From assembly GCA_023231065.1 (NCBI GenBank), contig JALNWE010000002.1:30952-94951 (forward strand): a stretch of 64,000 nt of DNA. Direction: 5' to 3'. Positions 9,073 through 18,666 of the stretch are shown piece after piece. How positions within the stretch are numbered: position 1 is the first letter of the stretch; every line of letters begins with the position of its first letter. The position numbers were made by a program, and so were the translations under genes. The DNA is from Bacteroidales bacterium. Lineage in GTDB: Bacteria; Bacteroidota; Bacteroidia; Bacteroidales; FEN-979. Below the pieces are notes generated by a model. It searched no databases, was not told where the DNA came from, and saw only the letters and a program-made list of their open reading frames with translations.

Positions 9073-10362
9073 ATGAATATTCTGTTGCTTGGTTCAGGGG
9101 GCCGTGAACATGCACTTGCCTGGAAACTGGCGCAGAGTCCTGCTTTGTCTCATCTGTTTATTGTACCAGGAAATGCAGGCACTGCACTGACAGGTACTAA
9201 TCTGAATGTCTCCGTCAACGATTTCCAGGCCCTTAAAAAAATCGTCCTGGACCGTCATATTGAAATGGTCATTGTTGGACCGGAAGATCCGTTGGTAAAC
9301 GGAATCCATGATTTTTTTCTTGCCGATCCCGAAATTCATAATGTCCCGGTCATCGGTCCCCGGAAAAAAGCCGCCATGTTGGAAGGAAGTAAGGATTTTG
9401 CCAAACAATTCATGATCCGGCACGGCATTCCCACGGCCAGATACCGGACTTTTGATCCATCCACCGTGGAACAGGGAATTGCTTTTCTTTCATCGTTGGA
9501 TCCCCCGTATGTCTTAAAAGCAGACGGTCTGGCTGCCGGGAAGGGTGTCATCATCTGTCAAAATCTTGCAGATGCCGTCCATGAATTATCGGATATGCTG
9601 GTTGATGCCCGTTTTGGAAAAGCTTCCCACAAGGTTGTGGTGGAAGAATTCCTGAAAGGGATTGAACTTTCAGTGTTCATCCTGACTGACGGTATCAACT
9701 ACAAAATTTTGCCTGAAGCCAAAGATTATAAAAGAATTGGGGAAGGAGATACCGGTTTGAATACCGGTGGCATGGGCTCCATATCCCCTGTCCCCTTTGC
9801 TGACAAAACCTTTATGGATAAAGTCGAATCACGCATCATCCGGCCTACTGTTGAGGGGTTGTTAGCTGATAACATTGATTATCGTGGTTTTATCTTTTTC
9901 GGATTGATGAATGTCGGAGGGGATCCGTATCTGATTGAATATAATTGCCGCTTAGGTGATCCGGAAACCGAATCTGTCATCCCCCGTCTGAAAAATGACC
10001 TGGTCCATCTTCTTCTTTCAACAGCCCGTCAGCATCTTGACAAAGAGACTATAGCGGTGGATCCACAATATGCTGCCACGGTCATGCTGGTTTCCAAAGG
10101 GTACCCTGGGTTTTATGAAAAAGGCAAGATAATAACCGGAGAAAAATCCATTACCGGCAGCTTCATATTTCATGCCGGGACTAAAATGCGACCCGATACC
10201 ATGCAGGCCCTGACTAACGGCGGACGCGTTCTGGCCGTGACGAACCTGGCCGATACACTTCAGGAAGCCCTCTCGGGGTCTTATGAAAACATAAAAAAGA
10301 TTGAATTTGAAGGAAAATACTTCAGGCGCGATATAGGATTCGACCTGGACCAAACTTTTTGA
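9073..10362 (+). CDS. purD: Phosphoribosylamine--glycine ligase
   Basis: MNILLLGSGGREHALAWKLAQS begins at the ATG at 9073, and an ATP-grasp core follows. The track ORF from 8983 is an upstream extension that overlaps the GT gene. Confidence 0.95.
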   Translation: MNILLLGSGGREHALAWKLAQSPALSHLFIVPGNAGTALTGTNLNVSVNDFQALKKIVLDRHIEMVIVGPEDPLVNGIHDFFLADPEIHNVPVIGPRKKAAMLEGSKDFAKQFMIRHGIPTARYRTFDPSTVEQGIAFLSSLDPPYVLKADGLAAGKGVIICQNLADAVHELSDMLVDARFGKASHKVVVEEFLKGIELSVFILTDGINYKILPEAKDYKRIGEGDTGLNTGGMGSISPVPFADKTFMDKVESRIIRPTVEGLLADNIDYRGFIFFGLMNVGGDPYLIEYNCRLGDPETESVIPRLKNDLVHLLLSTARQHLDKETIAVDPQYAATVMLVSKGYPGFYEKGKIITGEKSITGSFIFHAGTKMRPDTMQALTNGGRVLAVTNLADTLQEALSGSYENIKKIEFEGKYFRRDIGFDLDQTF

Positions 10363-10371
10363 CTTTTTGTC

Positions 10372-11370
10372 GTGTTTATAAAATTTTTCAGATCCAGTTT
10401 TTTTGTTCAGTATCTGGTAATAGGGGCCATCGGTATGATGTTGTGGCTGCCTGCTATCATACATCCTCCCCTGATGCCTGCGCCAGAAGGGCCAGTCATC
10501 CTCTATTCAGTCCTGTATGACATCTTTAGCGGGACACCGCTTCTGTCCGTTATTCTTGGTTTTATCCTGGCTTGCTGGGAAACCTATTTTTTCACCCGTT
10601 TGCTGAATAAAAACGAACTGATCGTTAAAAATTCCTCTCTTGCATCCCTGATTTTTCTGATATTACTAAGCATTTTCCCCGACCAGCTCACACTGACCCC
10701 ACTTCTCCCCGCTCTCTTTTTTATCCTGTTTGTCCTTCATCATTTACTGATTATTTACAGTAAACCGGAACATTTCGACCGGGTTTTTGCAGCTGGTTTC
10801 TTTACAGCTCTTGCAAGTTTATTCTACCTTCCTGTTCTAATATGGTTTGGATTTATCATCGTCAGTTTTCTTTTATTCAGGTCGGGTAAATGGCGGGAAT
10901 GGATTGCCTCAACAATTGGCCTGCTGACCCCTTATATATACCTGGCCATTTACTATTTCTGGAATGACGAGTTTTTGTTGAAAGCTCATGAATATTCTGA
11001 TTTTTTCCGTCAACTGAAATTTGGCCCCCGTTGCCTTGACCCCGGTTTTTGGGTACCAGAAGGGGTGATACTTGTACTGACGATATGGGGATTGATTAAA
11101 AACCGGAGAGGGATCATGGAACGGACGGTGGAGCTACGGGCTAAATACAGCTTGTTTATCTGGCTTTTACTGTTTTCCGGACTAACTTTGGTTTATGCAC
11201 GATCCCTGATCACTTCCAATATGATGTTAGCCACACCGGCATTTGCCCTGATTATCTCATCGGCGATGACAGGCCTGAAAAAAACGCGTCTTATTGAATT
11301 GGTATTGATCCTGCTGTTTATTGGGTTACTGATCAATAACTTCATCATTCAGCCTTTCTCTGTGTCATGA
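10372..11370 (+). CDS. Polytopic membrane protein of unknown function
   Basis: 332 aa with a GTG start and about 9 hydrophobic helices. No catalytic motif was recognised. Confidence 0.5.
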   Translation: MFIKFFRSSFFVQYLVIGAIGMMLWLPAIIHPPLMPAPEGPVILYSVLYDIFSGTPLLSVILGFILACWETYFFTRLLNKNELIVKNSSLASLIFLILLSIFPDQLTLTPLLPALFFILFVLHHLLIIYSKPEHFDRVFAAGFFTALASLFYLPVLIWFGFIIVSFLLFRSGKWREWIASTIGLLTPYIYLAIYYFWNDEFLLKAHEYSDFFRQLKFGPRCLDPGFWVPEGVILVLTIWGLIKNRRGIMERTVELRAKYSLFIWLLLFSGLTLVYARSLITSNMMLATPAFALIISSAMTGLKKTRLIELVLILLFIGLLINNFIIQPFSVS

Positions 11371-11420
11371 CCAAATGATCTGCTGACAATCTTTTGGTCG
11401 ATAAGCTTTAACGAACAATT

Positions 11421-12017
11421 ATGCTGAAAAGCCATTTTACCGAAAACCTGGTTGAGGCCGGATGTGATGAAGCCGGTAGGGGTTGTTTAGCCGGCCCTGT
11501 GTTTGCCGCAGCGGTTATATTACCCCGTGGGTTCCATAATGAAATACTCACAGATTCTAAACTATTAAGTCCGAAACAAAGGTCCCTCCTGCGCGGTATC
11601 ATCGAAAACGAGGCAATTTGTTGGGCAGTAAGCAGTGTAGATGCTATTGAAATTGATCGGATCAACATCCTGAATGCCTCCATACAGGCGATGCACCAAT
11701 CGGTTTCCCGGCTGAAAATATTCCCCCAGCTTTTGCTGATCGATGGTAACCGGTTCAAACCCTATAAGGAAATTCCCCATCAATGTATCGTAAAAGGTGA
11801 TGCAAAATACCTGTCGATCGCTGCCGCATCGGTGCTTGCCAAGACTTATCGTGACGAATATATGTGCCAGATCGATGAAGAGTTTCCCGTATATGACTGG
11901 AAAAATAATAAAGGATACCCATGTAAAAAACATAAAGCGGGAATTGCCATGTATGGAATCACCCCCTACCACCGTAAAAGTTTTCACATCCATGGCCAGC
12001 TTAAATTATTGATATAA
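11421..12017 (+). CDS. rnhB: Ribonuclease HII
   Basis: 198 aa. Contains GCDEAGRGCLAGPV (the RNase HII active-site DEAGRG motif) and has a typical length. Confidence 0.93.
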   Translation: MLKSHFTENLVEAGCDEAGRGCLAGPVFAAAVILPRGFHNEILTDSKLLSPKQRSLLRGIIENEAICWAVSSVDAIEIDRINILNASIQAMHQSVSRLKIFPQLLLIDGNRFKPYKEIPHQCIVKGDAKYLSIAAASVLAKTYRDEYMCQIDEEFPVYDWKNNKGYPCKKHKAGIAMYGITPYHRKSFHIHGQLKLLI

Positions 12018-12027
12018 CCAAAGCCGT

Positions 12028-12132
12028 CCAATCCCATATCCCCAATCCTTCACCGCTTGTTATTTGCTAATTGTCAATTGTCAATTGTAAATAGTCACCG
12101 CCCTTTGCTCCTTGTCATTTGTCAATTTTCAT
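12028..12132. repeat. About 105-nt tract with 7-nt periodicity (CCAATCC CATATCC CCAATCC ... ATTGTCA ATTGTCA ATTGTAA ATAGTCA ... TTGTCAT TTGTCAA)
   Basis: Read from the sequence. It starts 10 nt after the rnhB stop and runs into the promoter of the next gene. Confidence 0.8.
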
Positions 12133-12133
12133 G

Positions 12134-12141
12134 TACTTTTG
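12134..12141 (+). promoter_or_regulatory. Bacteroidota -7 promoter box TACTTTTG (TAnnTTTG)
   Basis: Exact match to the TAnnTTTG consensus, 17 nt upstream of the ATG at 12158. Confidence 0.45.
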
Positions 12142-12157
12142 CAACAGTTGAAAAGCT

Positions 12158-14911
12158 ATGAGAAACCTTAGGATTTCGTTGCTTATCATTGCCGCTGCTA
12201 CTGCCCTTACAGGTATCATATGGCTGGGGTATAACCTTTACACCCGGATTGGCCCTCCTTCAGAATCGCCTTTTAATGCCATTCCTGGTAACACAGCCCT
12301 CATCATCAAGCTCAATAAGGCAGGGAACCTGCTCGAAGAGCTTAATCGCTCCAACCTGCTGTGGAAATCGATTTCCCATTTCCCGGGAATCAATTCCATA
12401 AGGAGTGAATTGCAGTTTATTGATTCCGCGAGCCGGAAAAATGAGAAATTCCGGAAAAGCTTCCAGCAATCCAATCTGTTGATTTCGATTACCCTCAGCG
12501 GACGCAATACTTTTGGGGCACTTTACCTTGCATCTACCGGGGGAAAGAACCCCGAAGACAATATTCTTGGCTTTATGAAAGAGATCGGGGAAAGCAAAGC
12601 CATTATAACCGAAACTCCCTATTTCACGACCCGGTTACACCGCATTCAGTTCAAGGGGAGCCGGAATCCTTTTTATTTTGCAGTTCTCAAGGGTATCTTG
12701 CTTGTTTCTTATCAACCCGACCTGGTTAAAAAGGGAATTGACCGTCTATCGCTGAACACCCCACTTGCCGCTTCGTCAGGGTTCCGCCTGGTCGAAGCCA
12801 CATCTGGTAAAAAAGCAGATGCGAACATCTATGTCAATTATCGGTTTTTTTCGCTGGTCCTTTCAAAAATAACCCATATTGAAAGCGTTCCCGATCTTAT
12901 CAAATTCGCTTTTTTTGCCGATTGGAGTGGCCTTGACCTGATCATTAAAAAAGATGAATTGCTGTTCAACGGGATCACGGTAACTTCAGATAGTACTCAA
13001 CATTTTCTTTCACTTTTTACCGAGCAGAAACCGCAAAAAACTGAAATAGCCACCATCATCCCTGAAGAGGCGCTGTATTTCACCGTTTATGGCTGGAGCA
13101 ATTCATCCCGTTTCACGCAACGTTTTCAAAATAAAGCTCCCCGCGAAGAAAGCTTCACGGGTTATCAGAGCCCTGCAACCCGTCTTTCAAGACAATACCT
13201 GATTTCTGTCAACGACTATTTCCTGCCTTGGGCTGACCGGGAAGGGGGTATATTTGTTATTAATGATTCCAAAAACTCAACAGAAATACCTTACGCGGCC
13301 ATTCATTGCGGCGATGAAAAGAGCGCCTTATCTCATCTGGGAAAGTTGGCAAAAATTACCGGAATAAAAATGGACTCCGGACTTTATAAAGGACAACGAT
13401 TCTATAAAATGGCGCTTTCAGGATTTCTCCCGGCCATCTTCGGGGAAATGTTCAGCAAAGTCGATCCGAAATGTTTCACTATATTGAATGGGTATCTTAT
13501 TTTCGGATCTTCTCCAAAAGACCTGGAACCTGTGATTGAAGCCTGGCAAAAAAATACCACACTGGCAAAAGACCCGATCTACATCGATTTCGCCGCTGAT
13601 TTGAATGAGAAATCAAATGTTTATTGTTTTTTCAACACCCGTAATGCAATCCAGCACCTTAATGCTATTTTAAGCCCGGACCTGGCCAGCCAGTTGAATC
13701 CGGTGATGGACAGCATAAAAAAATTCGAATCAGTGGCTTTTCAATATTCAAATATGGATGGCTTGTTTTATTCGAACATCGTGCTGCGGTATGATCCTAA
13801 CCTGGGGAAGGAAGGGCCTTTGGAATGGCAGGCCAGGCTCGATACCAATATAACCGGACGTCCCAGGATAATCCAGACCGCACCATCCAGGCCCCCTGTG
13901 GTTATGGTGACCGATGAGGCAAACAATCTTTATATGATTAATGCCGATGGAAGTATTGCCTGGAAACTTCATCTGATGGGCGATCTGAAGGGGGAAATTC
14001 ATCCCTTGCATCTGCCTGGCAATGATTCTCTCTTCCTTATTTTCAATACCGGTACACACCTTTATCTTGTAAAAGAAAATGGTCAGTTTGCTGATAAATA
14101 CCCTATGCGGTTCCCACTGAATGCCACCAATGGCATTACAGTCGTTGATCATGGCAAAGGTCGGGAATTCAGCATACTCGTTGCATTTCAGGATCACAGG
14201 GCCTATCATTTTACCCTCGACGGAATATCCATCACCAACTGGGATCGACCCAATCTGAAAGAAGAAATTGATCAACCGATTGACTACCTGAGAATCAGAG
14301 GCCATGACTATTTTTTTATTACAGGGGAACAGGGCCATGTCCTGATTGCTGATGAAACAGGCGCTAACCAAATCACATCAGGTCTAAAATTCCTGCATGC
14401 CAAAGGATCGGGGTTTTATCTTAACCGGACCAATAAAAAGGGACTTTTTCTAACCACTAATCCCGATGGGAAAGTGCTCATTATCCAGGAAAACGGAATT
14501 TTTACCGAAGTCGGTTTGAATCTCTATTCAAAGGAATACCGCTTTTTTTATGAAGATATCTCGGGGAGTGGACAGCCTGAATTGATTTTCACCGATAAAA
14601 ACAGAATAGATTACTATCAGCGTACCTTTGAACTTCTTTACTCTTATTCTTTTCGAAGGGAAATAACCATGCCTCCATTCCTGATCCGGGTACCTGGCGA
14701 AAAAGTGATGATAGGAGTTGTTACTCCGGAAACCAATGAATTGTTCTTGTTTGATCAGAATGGAAAACGGGAACTGAAATCGGGAATCCGGGGAAACACT
14801 GCATTCGATATAGGATATCTTCAAAATCCAACGCTGAAGAGCCTTGTGGTCGGCTCCGGTAAATACCTCAGGAACTACCGTTTACCGGAGCTTCAGGATA
14901 GACCCCGGTGA
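12158..14911 (+). CDS. Large membrane-anchored protein of unknown function with C-terminal beta-propeller-like repeats
   Basis: 917 aa with a single N-terminal TM (ISLLIIAAATALTGIIWLGY). The C-terminal ~330 aa contain about 7 repeated strand-rich units (e.g. NLYMINADGSIAW, HLYLVKENGQF, VLIIQENGIF, ELFLFDQNGKRE). Confidence 0.5.
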   Translation: MRNLRISLLIIAAATALTGIIWLGYNLYTRIGPPSESPFNAIPGNTALIIKLNKAGNLLEELNRSNLLWKSISHFPGINSIRSELQFIDSASRKNEKFRKSFQQSNLLISITLSGRNTFGALYLASTGGKNPEDNILGFMKEIGESKAIITETPYFTTRLHRIQFKGSRNPFYFAVLKGILLVSYQPDLVKKGIDRLSLNTPLAASSGFRLVEATSGKKADANIYVNYRFFSLVLSKITHIESVPDLIKFAFFADWSGLDLIIKKDELLFNGITVTSDSTQHFLSLFTEQKPQKTEIATIIPEEALYFTVYGWSNSSRFTQRFQNKAPREESFTGYQSPATRLSRQYLISVNDYFLPWADREGGIFVINDSKNSTEIPYAAIHCGDEKSALSHLGKLAKITGIKMDSGLYKGQRFYKMALSGFLPAIFGEMFSKVDPKCFTILNGYLIFGSSPKDLEPVIEAWQKNTTLAKDPIYIDFAADLNEKSNVYCFFNTRNAIQHLNAILSPDLASQLNPVMDSIKKFESVAFQYSNMDGLFYSNIVLRYDPNLGKEGPLEWQARLDTNITGRPRIIQTAPSRPPVVMVTDEANNLYMINADGSIAWKLHLMGDLKGEIHPLHLPGNDSLFLIFNTGTHLYLVKENGQFADKYPMRFPLNATNGITVVDHGKGREFSILVAFQDHRAYHFTLDGISITNWDRPNLKEEIDQPIDYLRIRGHDYFFITGEQGHVLIADETGANQITSGLKFLHAKGSGFYLNRTNKKGLFLTTNPDGKVLIIQENGIFTEVGLNLYSKEYRFFYEDISGSGQPELIFTDKNRIDYYQRTFELLYSYSFRREITMPPFLIRVPGEKVMIGVVTPETNELFLFDQNGKRELKSGIRGNTAFDIGYLQNPTLKSLVVGSGKYLRNYRLPELQDRPR

Positions 14912-15829
14912 AGGCTCTACCCCATGCGGAATGCCATTCCTTTTATACAGCATTTTCAATTTAATTCCGTAAAGTTGTGAAATCCGGTACAACGTTTCAC
15001 CATCGGTTACCTGGTGAGTTGCAACAGCTCCTTTTCTGCGTTTGGGCTGCAGGTATACGATTTGTCCTGGTTCCAGCGCCGAAGAATGAGTCAGGTCATT
15101 GTAACGCATCAATCGCTTTTCAGAAATATAAAAATCGTGGGAAAGGATTGATAGATTATCACTTCTCCGGGCAATGGTCATCTGGAGCTCATTGTTTGCA
15201 AATACTTTCCTGTTATCCGGCCCTACAGCATACAGCTGAAAACGGCGAAGCCATGGTTGCGTAACAGGATCGTCAAAGTCCTCATCACTTTTCTTTAATG
15301 CCTCAGCATATAAAGGATTATCGAATTGGTACAGGGAATAGGTTTCGATAATTTTTATCAGGCTCTCAGCATATTTCGGATTGGTTGCATAACCAGCTTT
15401 TTGCAGTCCTGTTGCCCATCCTTTATAATCTGTAATGGTCAGATTGAATAAATCCCTGTACCGGTCCCGTTGTGTCAGAAAGAAAGAATGGTCCCTGAAA
15501 GAATCAAAAGGATTTTCATATTTCCTGAAACACTCGTTGGGACGGTCATCATCTTCATAATAGGTTTCCCCGAACCACTCTTTATGACATTTGATGCCAA
15601 AATGATTATTGGCTTCCTTAGCCAGTGGGCTTTGCCCCGCTCTTGATTCATGGATCCCCTGAGCCAATGTAACACTGGCCGGTATATGGTATTCCATCAT
15701 CTCCTGGATGGCAATTTCTTTATAAGTCTGGACATACTTCTCAACAATTTTTTGATACTCCGTTGATTGTGAAAAACCACCGGTAACAAAAAAAATGAAG
15801 GGCAACAAACAAATCAATATTTTATTCAT
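14882..15829 (-). CDS. Secreted glucosaminidase-domain (GH73-like) peptidoglycan hydrolase with C-terminal LysM domain
   Basis: 315 aa with a signal peptide. Contains the LAQGIHESRAGQSPLAKEANNHFGIK glucosaminidase motif and a C-terminal LysM (HQVTDGETLYRISQLYGIKLKMLYKRNGI). Confidence 0.8.
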   Translation of the reverse strand: MNKILICLLPFIFFVTGGFSQSTEYQKIVEKYVQTYKEIAIQEMMEYHIPASVTLAQGIHESRAGQSPLAKEANNHFGIKCHKEWFGETYYEDDDRPNECFRKYENPFDSFRDHSFFLTQRDRYRDLFNLTITDYKGWATGLQKAGYATNPKYAESLIKIIETYSLYQFDNPLYAEALKKSDEDFDDPVTQPWLRRFQLYAVGPDNRKVFANNELQMTIARRSDNLSILSHDFYISEKRLMRYNDLTHSSALEPGQIVYLQPKRRKGAVATHQVTDGETLYRISQLYGIKLKMLYKRNGIPHGVEPSPGSILKLR

Positions 15830-17258
15830 GTCGTATTACCAATTCCCTGAAACGTTTTCCCCGCTCCTCGAAGTTCTTGAATTCATCATAGCTGGCTGCC
15901 GCGGGAGAAAGCAGGCAACAATACCCAGGCCGGGTTTCCCGAAAGGCGATTTCCCTGAAATTGTCAAACCGGTTGATGTAAAACAGTTTTTTATGACAGA
16001 AATCAAGTTGCTCAATATTTTCACCAATCCTTTTCCCTGCCGCACCCACCAGGATGAGGTTCCGGATGGACGAATGGCACAGGAATCCAGCTAGTCCAGA
16101 ATAATCGATCCCGCGGTCGAACCCTCCTGCAATAAGGGTATCCACCATTGGAATTGCCTTTATTGCTTCCATGCAGGCTTCCGGAATAGTCGCAATTGAA
16201 TCATTATAAAAATGGATTGACCGGTTTTCACCCACATACTCCAGCCGATGTGCCAATCCCTTGAAAGTAGAAATTCCATCTTCAATGTTTTCATGGGAAA
16301 CGCCAGAAAGTATGGCAACATTGATTGCAGCTAAAATATTTTTAAGGTTATGATCTCCACGGAGGAACCGTTCCTGATGAATTTTCCACACGGGGATGAT
16401 CCTTTTTCCATCAGAAAAACAGAGCATTCCTCCTTTTATGAAACCGCCCGGAGCGTACTCCTGTTGCAAGGAAAAAGGATAGCTTTTTCTTACAGCCGAA
16501 TAGGGCGCTATCTTTTCAGATACAAGCACGTCGTCCGCATTGAATATCAACAGATCCTCCGCGGTTTGAAATTTTGTAATGTTGATTTTGGCCAACTGAT
16601 ATGCTTCAAATCCGGAATAGGCATCAAGATGCTCCTGATATAGGTTCAAAACAATGGCAACGTGAGGGCCAATAGTAATATATTCAAGCTGATGGGAAGA
16701 TAGTTCAAATACAATTTTTGTCCATGAGGCGATCCGGTCAATAAAATGAAAAGCCGGATTTCCGATATTACCCAGCAGGACCGAATCTTCGCCAGCTGTC
16801 TGAAAAATATGATGGATCAGGCTGCTGGTAGTACTTTTACCCTTCGTCCCGGTCACACCGATAATTTGCGTTGAGTAAGCCTGGAGAAAAAGGTCAGTCT
16901 GTGAAGTGATCCTTTGGCGAGGAATTCCGGAAGTACTTGGAGAAGAATTTTCCGTAAAACACTGAATGGCGCTATTTTCCACAAACTGCCAGATTGGGAT
17001 CCCTGGTGATCTCATAATGAAATCATATTCCGATATCCTTTCAAGATAATCATCGCCGGTGATAAAAGTCAGGTTCCTGTCTTCCCTGATGATAGGATTT
17101 TCACGAATGGCAGGATCCTTATCGGCAATGGCCAGTGGTTTATCCGGAAAAATCCGGCGTAACACCGTGTAACTGGACTGGCCTTCCCGTCCAAATCCGA
17201 GAAGGACCAACGATTTGCCGGTAAATTTATTTCTGATCAGGTCAAGCATTCCGGACAT
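15822..17258 (-). CDS. MurD-family Mur ligase (UDP-MurNAc-L-Ala--glutamate ligase homologue; candidate MurD2)
   Basis: 478 aa. It has an N-terminal Rossmann LVLLGFGREGQS, the Mur ligase P-loop GVTGTKGKSTTSSL and a C-terminal Mur ligase domain. It overlaps both flanking genes, and no dcw cluster genes lie nearby. Confidence 0.75.
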   Translation of the reverse strand: MSGMLDLIRNKFTGKSLVLLGFGREGQSSYTVLRRIFPDKPLAIADKDPAIRENPIIREDRNLTFITGDDYLERISEYDFIMRSPGIPIWQFVENSAIQCFTENSSPSTSGIPRQRITSQTDLFLQAYSTQIIGVTGTKGKSTTSSLIHHIFQTAGEDSVLLGNIGNPAFHFIDRIASWTKIVFELSSHQLEYITIGPHVAIVLNLYQEHLDAYSGFEAYQLAKINITKFQTAEDLLIFNADDVLVSEKIAPYSAVRKSYPFSLQQEYAPGGFIKGGMLCFSDGKRIIPVWKIHQERFLRGDHNLKNILAAINVAILSGVSHENIEDGISTFKGLAHRLEYVGENRSIHFYNDSIATIPEACMEAIKAIPMVDTLIAGGFDRGIDYSGLAGFLCHSSIRNLILVGAAGKRIGENIEQLDFCHKKLFYINRFDNFREIAFRETRPGYCCLLSPAAASYDEFKNFEERGKRFRELVIRHE

Positions 17259-18627
17259 CTGATAAAAGAATCATAAATTCAGGTAAAAGAAAATGATCGC
17301 GCCCTATCTGGCTCAACGCATCCCGGAAATCAAGATCCCGGTATTGATCATATTGTGATGAGCTGCGGTACCATGCTAATAGGGCGGGTAATTCCTCCTG
17401 ACCATGACGACGTAAGATTTCGCACAACGCCAGGTTGACTTCATTTATCGTCCCCACACAGTCGAATGGCTTTTCATGGGCGATGCCGGCCAACTGATCA
17501 AAATATAGTTTCATCTCCGGATCATTGGCATCCAATAAATTTTTTCCGAAAATCGCGATCAACTTCTCCTGGGTAAGAAACGGGGACAAAATAATATAAG
17601 TGAACAGACATTTCGCACATCTTCCGCACCATGAATCTGTTTTGCTTCCGACATTACAGCTTCGGAAAACCTTATGATATGCCGTAAAACCAGAAAAAAG
17701 GGAAGCGATCTGCAGTTCATTCAACGGACGTAAAAAACTGAAATAATTTATTCCAGGCGCAATGGACTCATTCACATATTTTCTGTAATCTCCTTCAAAC
17801 ACCAAGGATTTGGAATATTGATGGTTAATGGTAGTCCCTTCGATGGTCGCTTCATTGGCGCTGGATTCGTTCGACAGGGCAACGTGCCTCCGGCTTGTCA
17901 TGATGGATGCCAGCGTGGTATAAAAAGCCAATAAAGCCGAGAAGGGGGTATGCCCGTTTAAAAAGCCTTCCTCATTTAGTTTTAGCAATAAAGGATCAAG
18001 GGTACGGATGATCTCAAAACATTCATCCCTCCGGTAACCCCCTGCGAAAATCGTTTCCAGACTGGCTCCGCGCGGATTCATAATCAGCGGGATACAATCC
18101 CGCTGGGGCCCCAGGATCTCTAATGTTACCGAAGAATCTTTCCCGCCTCCGACAGGGATAATCACTCCATCAGATAGTAGAAACCCTGCAACAGGGGGAA
18201 GCTTGCCGGATGCCATTTTTACCTGCATGAAACTTTCCTCCTTTTCCGTTATTGAATTCAAGTAGAAAAATTCACCCAGGCCATGAAAGTAAAGTTTCTT
18301 CCACCAAGCCACCTGTTCAGGGGAAATGGCAAAAGGATAGAGTATTACAGTAGGGGAACAGGTCACCTTCCAGTAACTGATCAACTCGATCATCCCAATA
18401 TTGAAAAGGATGTTATCAAGTTTACCAGCGATGGAGGCATCAGGCAGAAAACAGGACTTCCGCGGAATAAAAAAAGAAGGCTTGAAATAATACCGGTCTG
18501 AAAGGTTGAAGGTGTATTGAACATGAAGTCCGGCTTTGCTAAGAGAATATTCCTGTTTTTCAAAAGCAAAAAAAGGAAATTCAAGTCGTAGCTCAAGAAA
18601 TTTTGCCTGCCGGTTCGATTTCACCAT
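17242..18627 (-). CDS. PP-loop-like ATP-utilising protein; candidate MurL (UDP-MurNAc-L-Ala-L-Glu epimerase)
   Basis: 461 aa. Contains the PP-loop-like motif IIPVGGGKDSSV and a C-terminal Cys cluster CNVGSKTDSWCGRCAKC. A 17-nt overlap with the MurD homologue indicates translational coupling. The family assignment is an inference. Confidence 0.45.
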   Translation of the reverse strand: MVKSNRQAKFLELRLEFPFFAFEKQEYSLSKAGLHVQYTFNLSDRYYFKPSFFIPRKSCFLPDASIAGKLDNILFNIGMIELISYWKVTCSPTVILYPFAISPEQVAWWKKLYFHGLGEFFYLNSITEKEESFMQVKMASGKLPPVAGFLLSDGVIIPVGGGKDSSVTLEILGPQRDCIPLIMNPRGASLETIFAGGYRRDECFEIIRTLDPLLLKLNEEGFLNGHTPFSALLAFYTTLASIMTSRRHVALSNESSANEATIEGTTINHQYSKSLVFEGDYRKYVNESIAPGINYFSFLRPLNELQIASLFSGFTAYHKVFRSCNVGSKTDSWCGRCAKCLFTYIILSPFLTQEKLIAIFGKNLLDANDPEMKLYFDQLAGIAHEKPFDCVGTINEVNLALCEILRRHGQEELPALLAWYRSSSQYDQYRDLDFRDALSQIGRDHFLLPEFMILLSDVRNA

Positions 18628-18637
18628 AAAATGGTAT

Positions 18638-18645
18638 TATATTTG
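18638..18645 (+). promoter_or_regulatory. -7 promoter box TATATTTG for the YqgE/AlgH-family gene
   Basis: Exact TAnnTTTG match. It covers the GTG used by the ORF track, which argues for the ATG at 18684 as the real start. Confidence 0.45.
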
Positions 18646-18658
18646 TGTCAATAGCCAT

Positions 18659-18666
18659 CAAAATTA
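18659..18666 (-). promoter_or_regulatory. -7 promoter box TAATTTTG (minus strand) for the murL-like/murD-like/glucosaminidase operon
   Basis: The plus strand reads CAAAATTA, which is TAATTTTG on the minus strand, 32 nt upstream of the start at 18627. It lies back-to-back with the divergent promoter. Confidence 0.4.
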
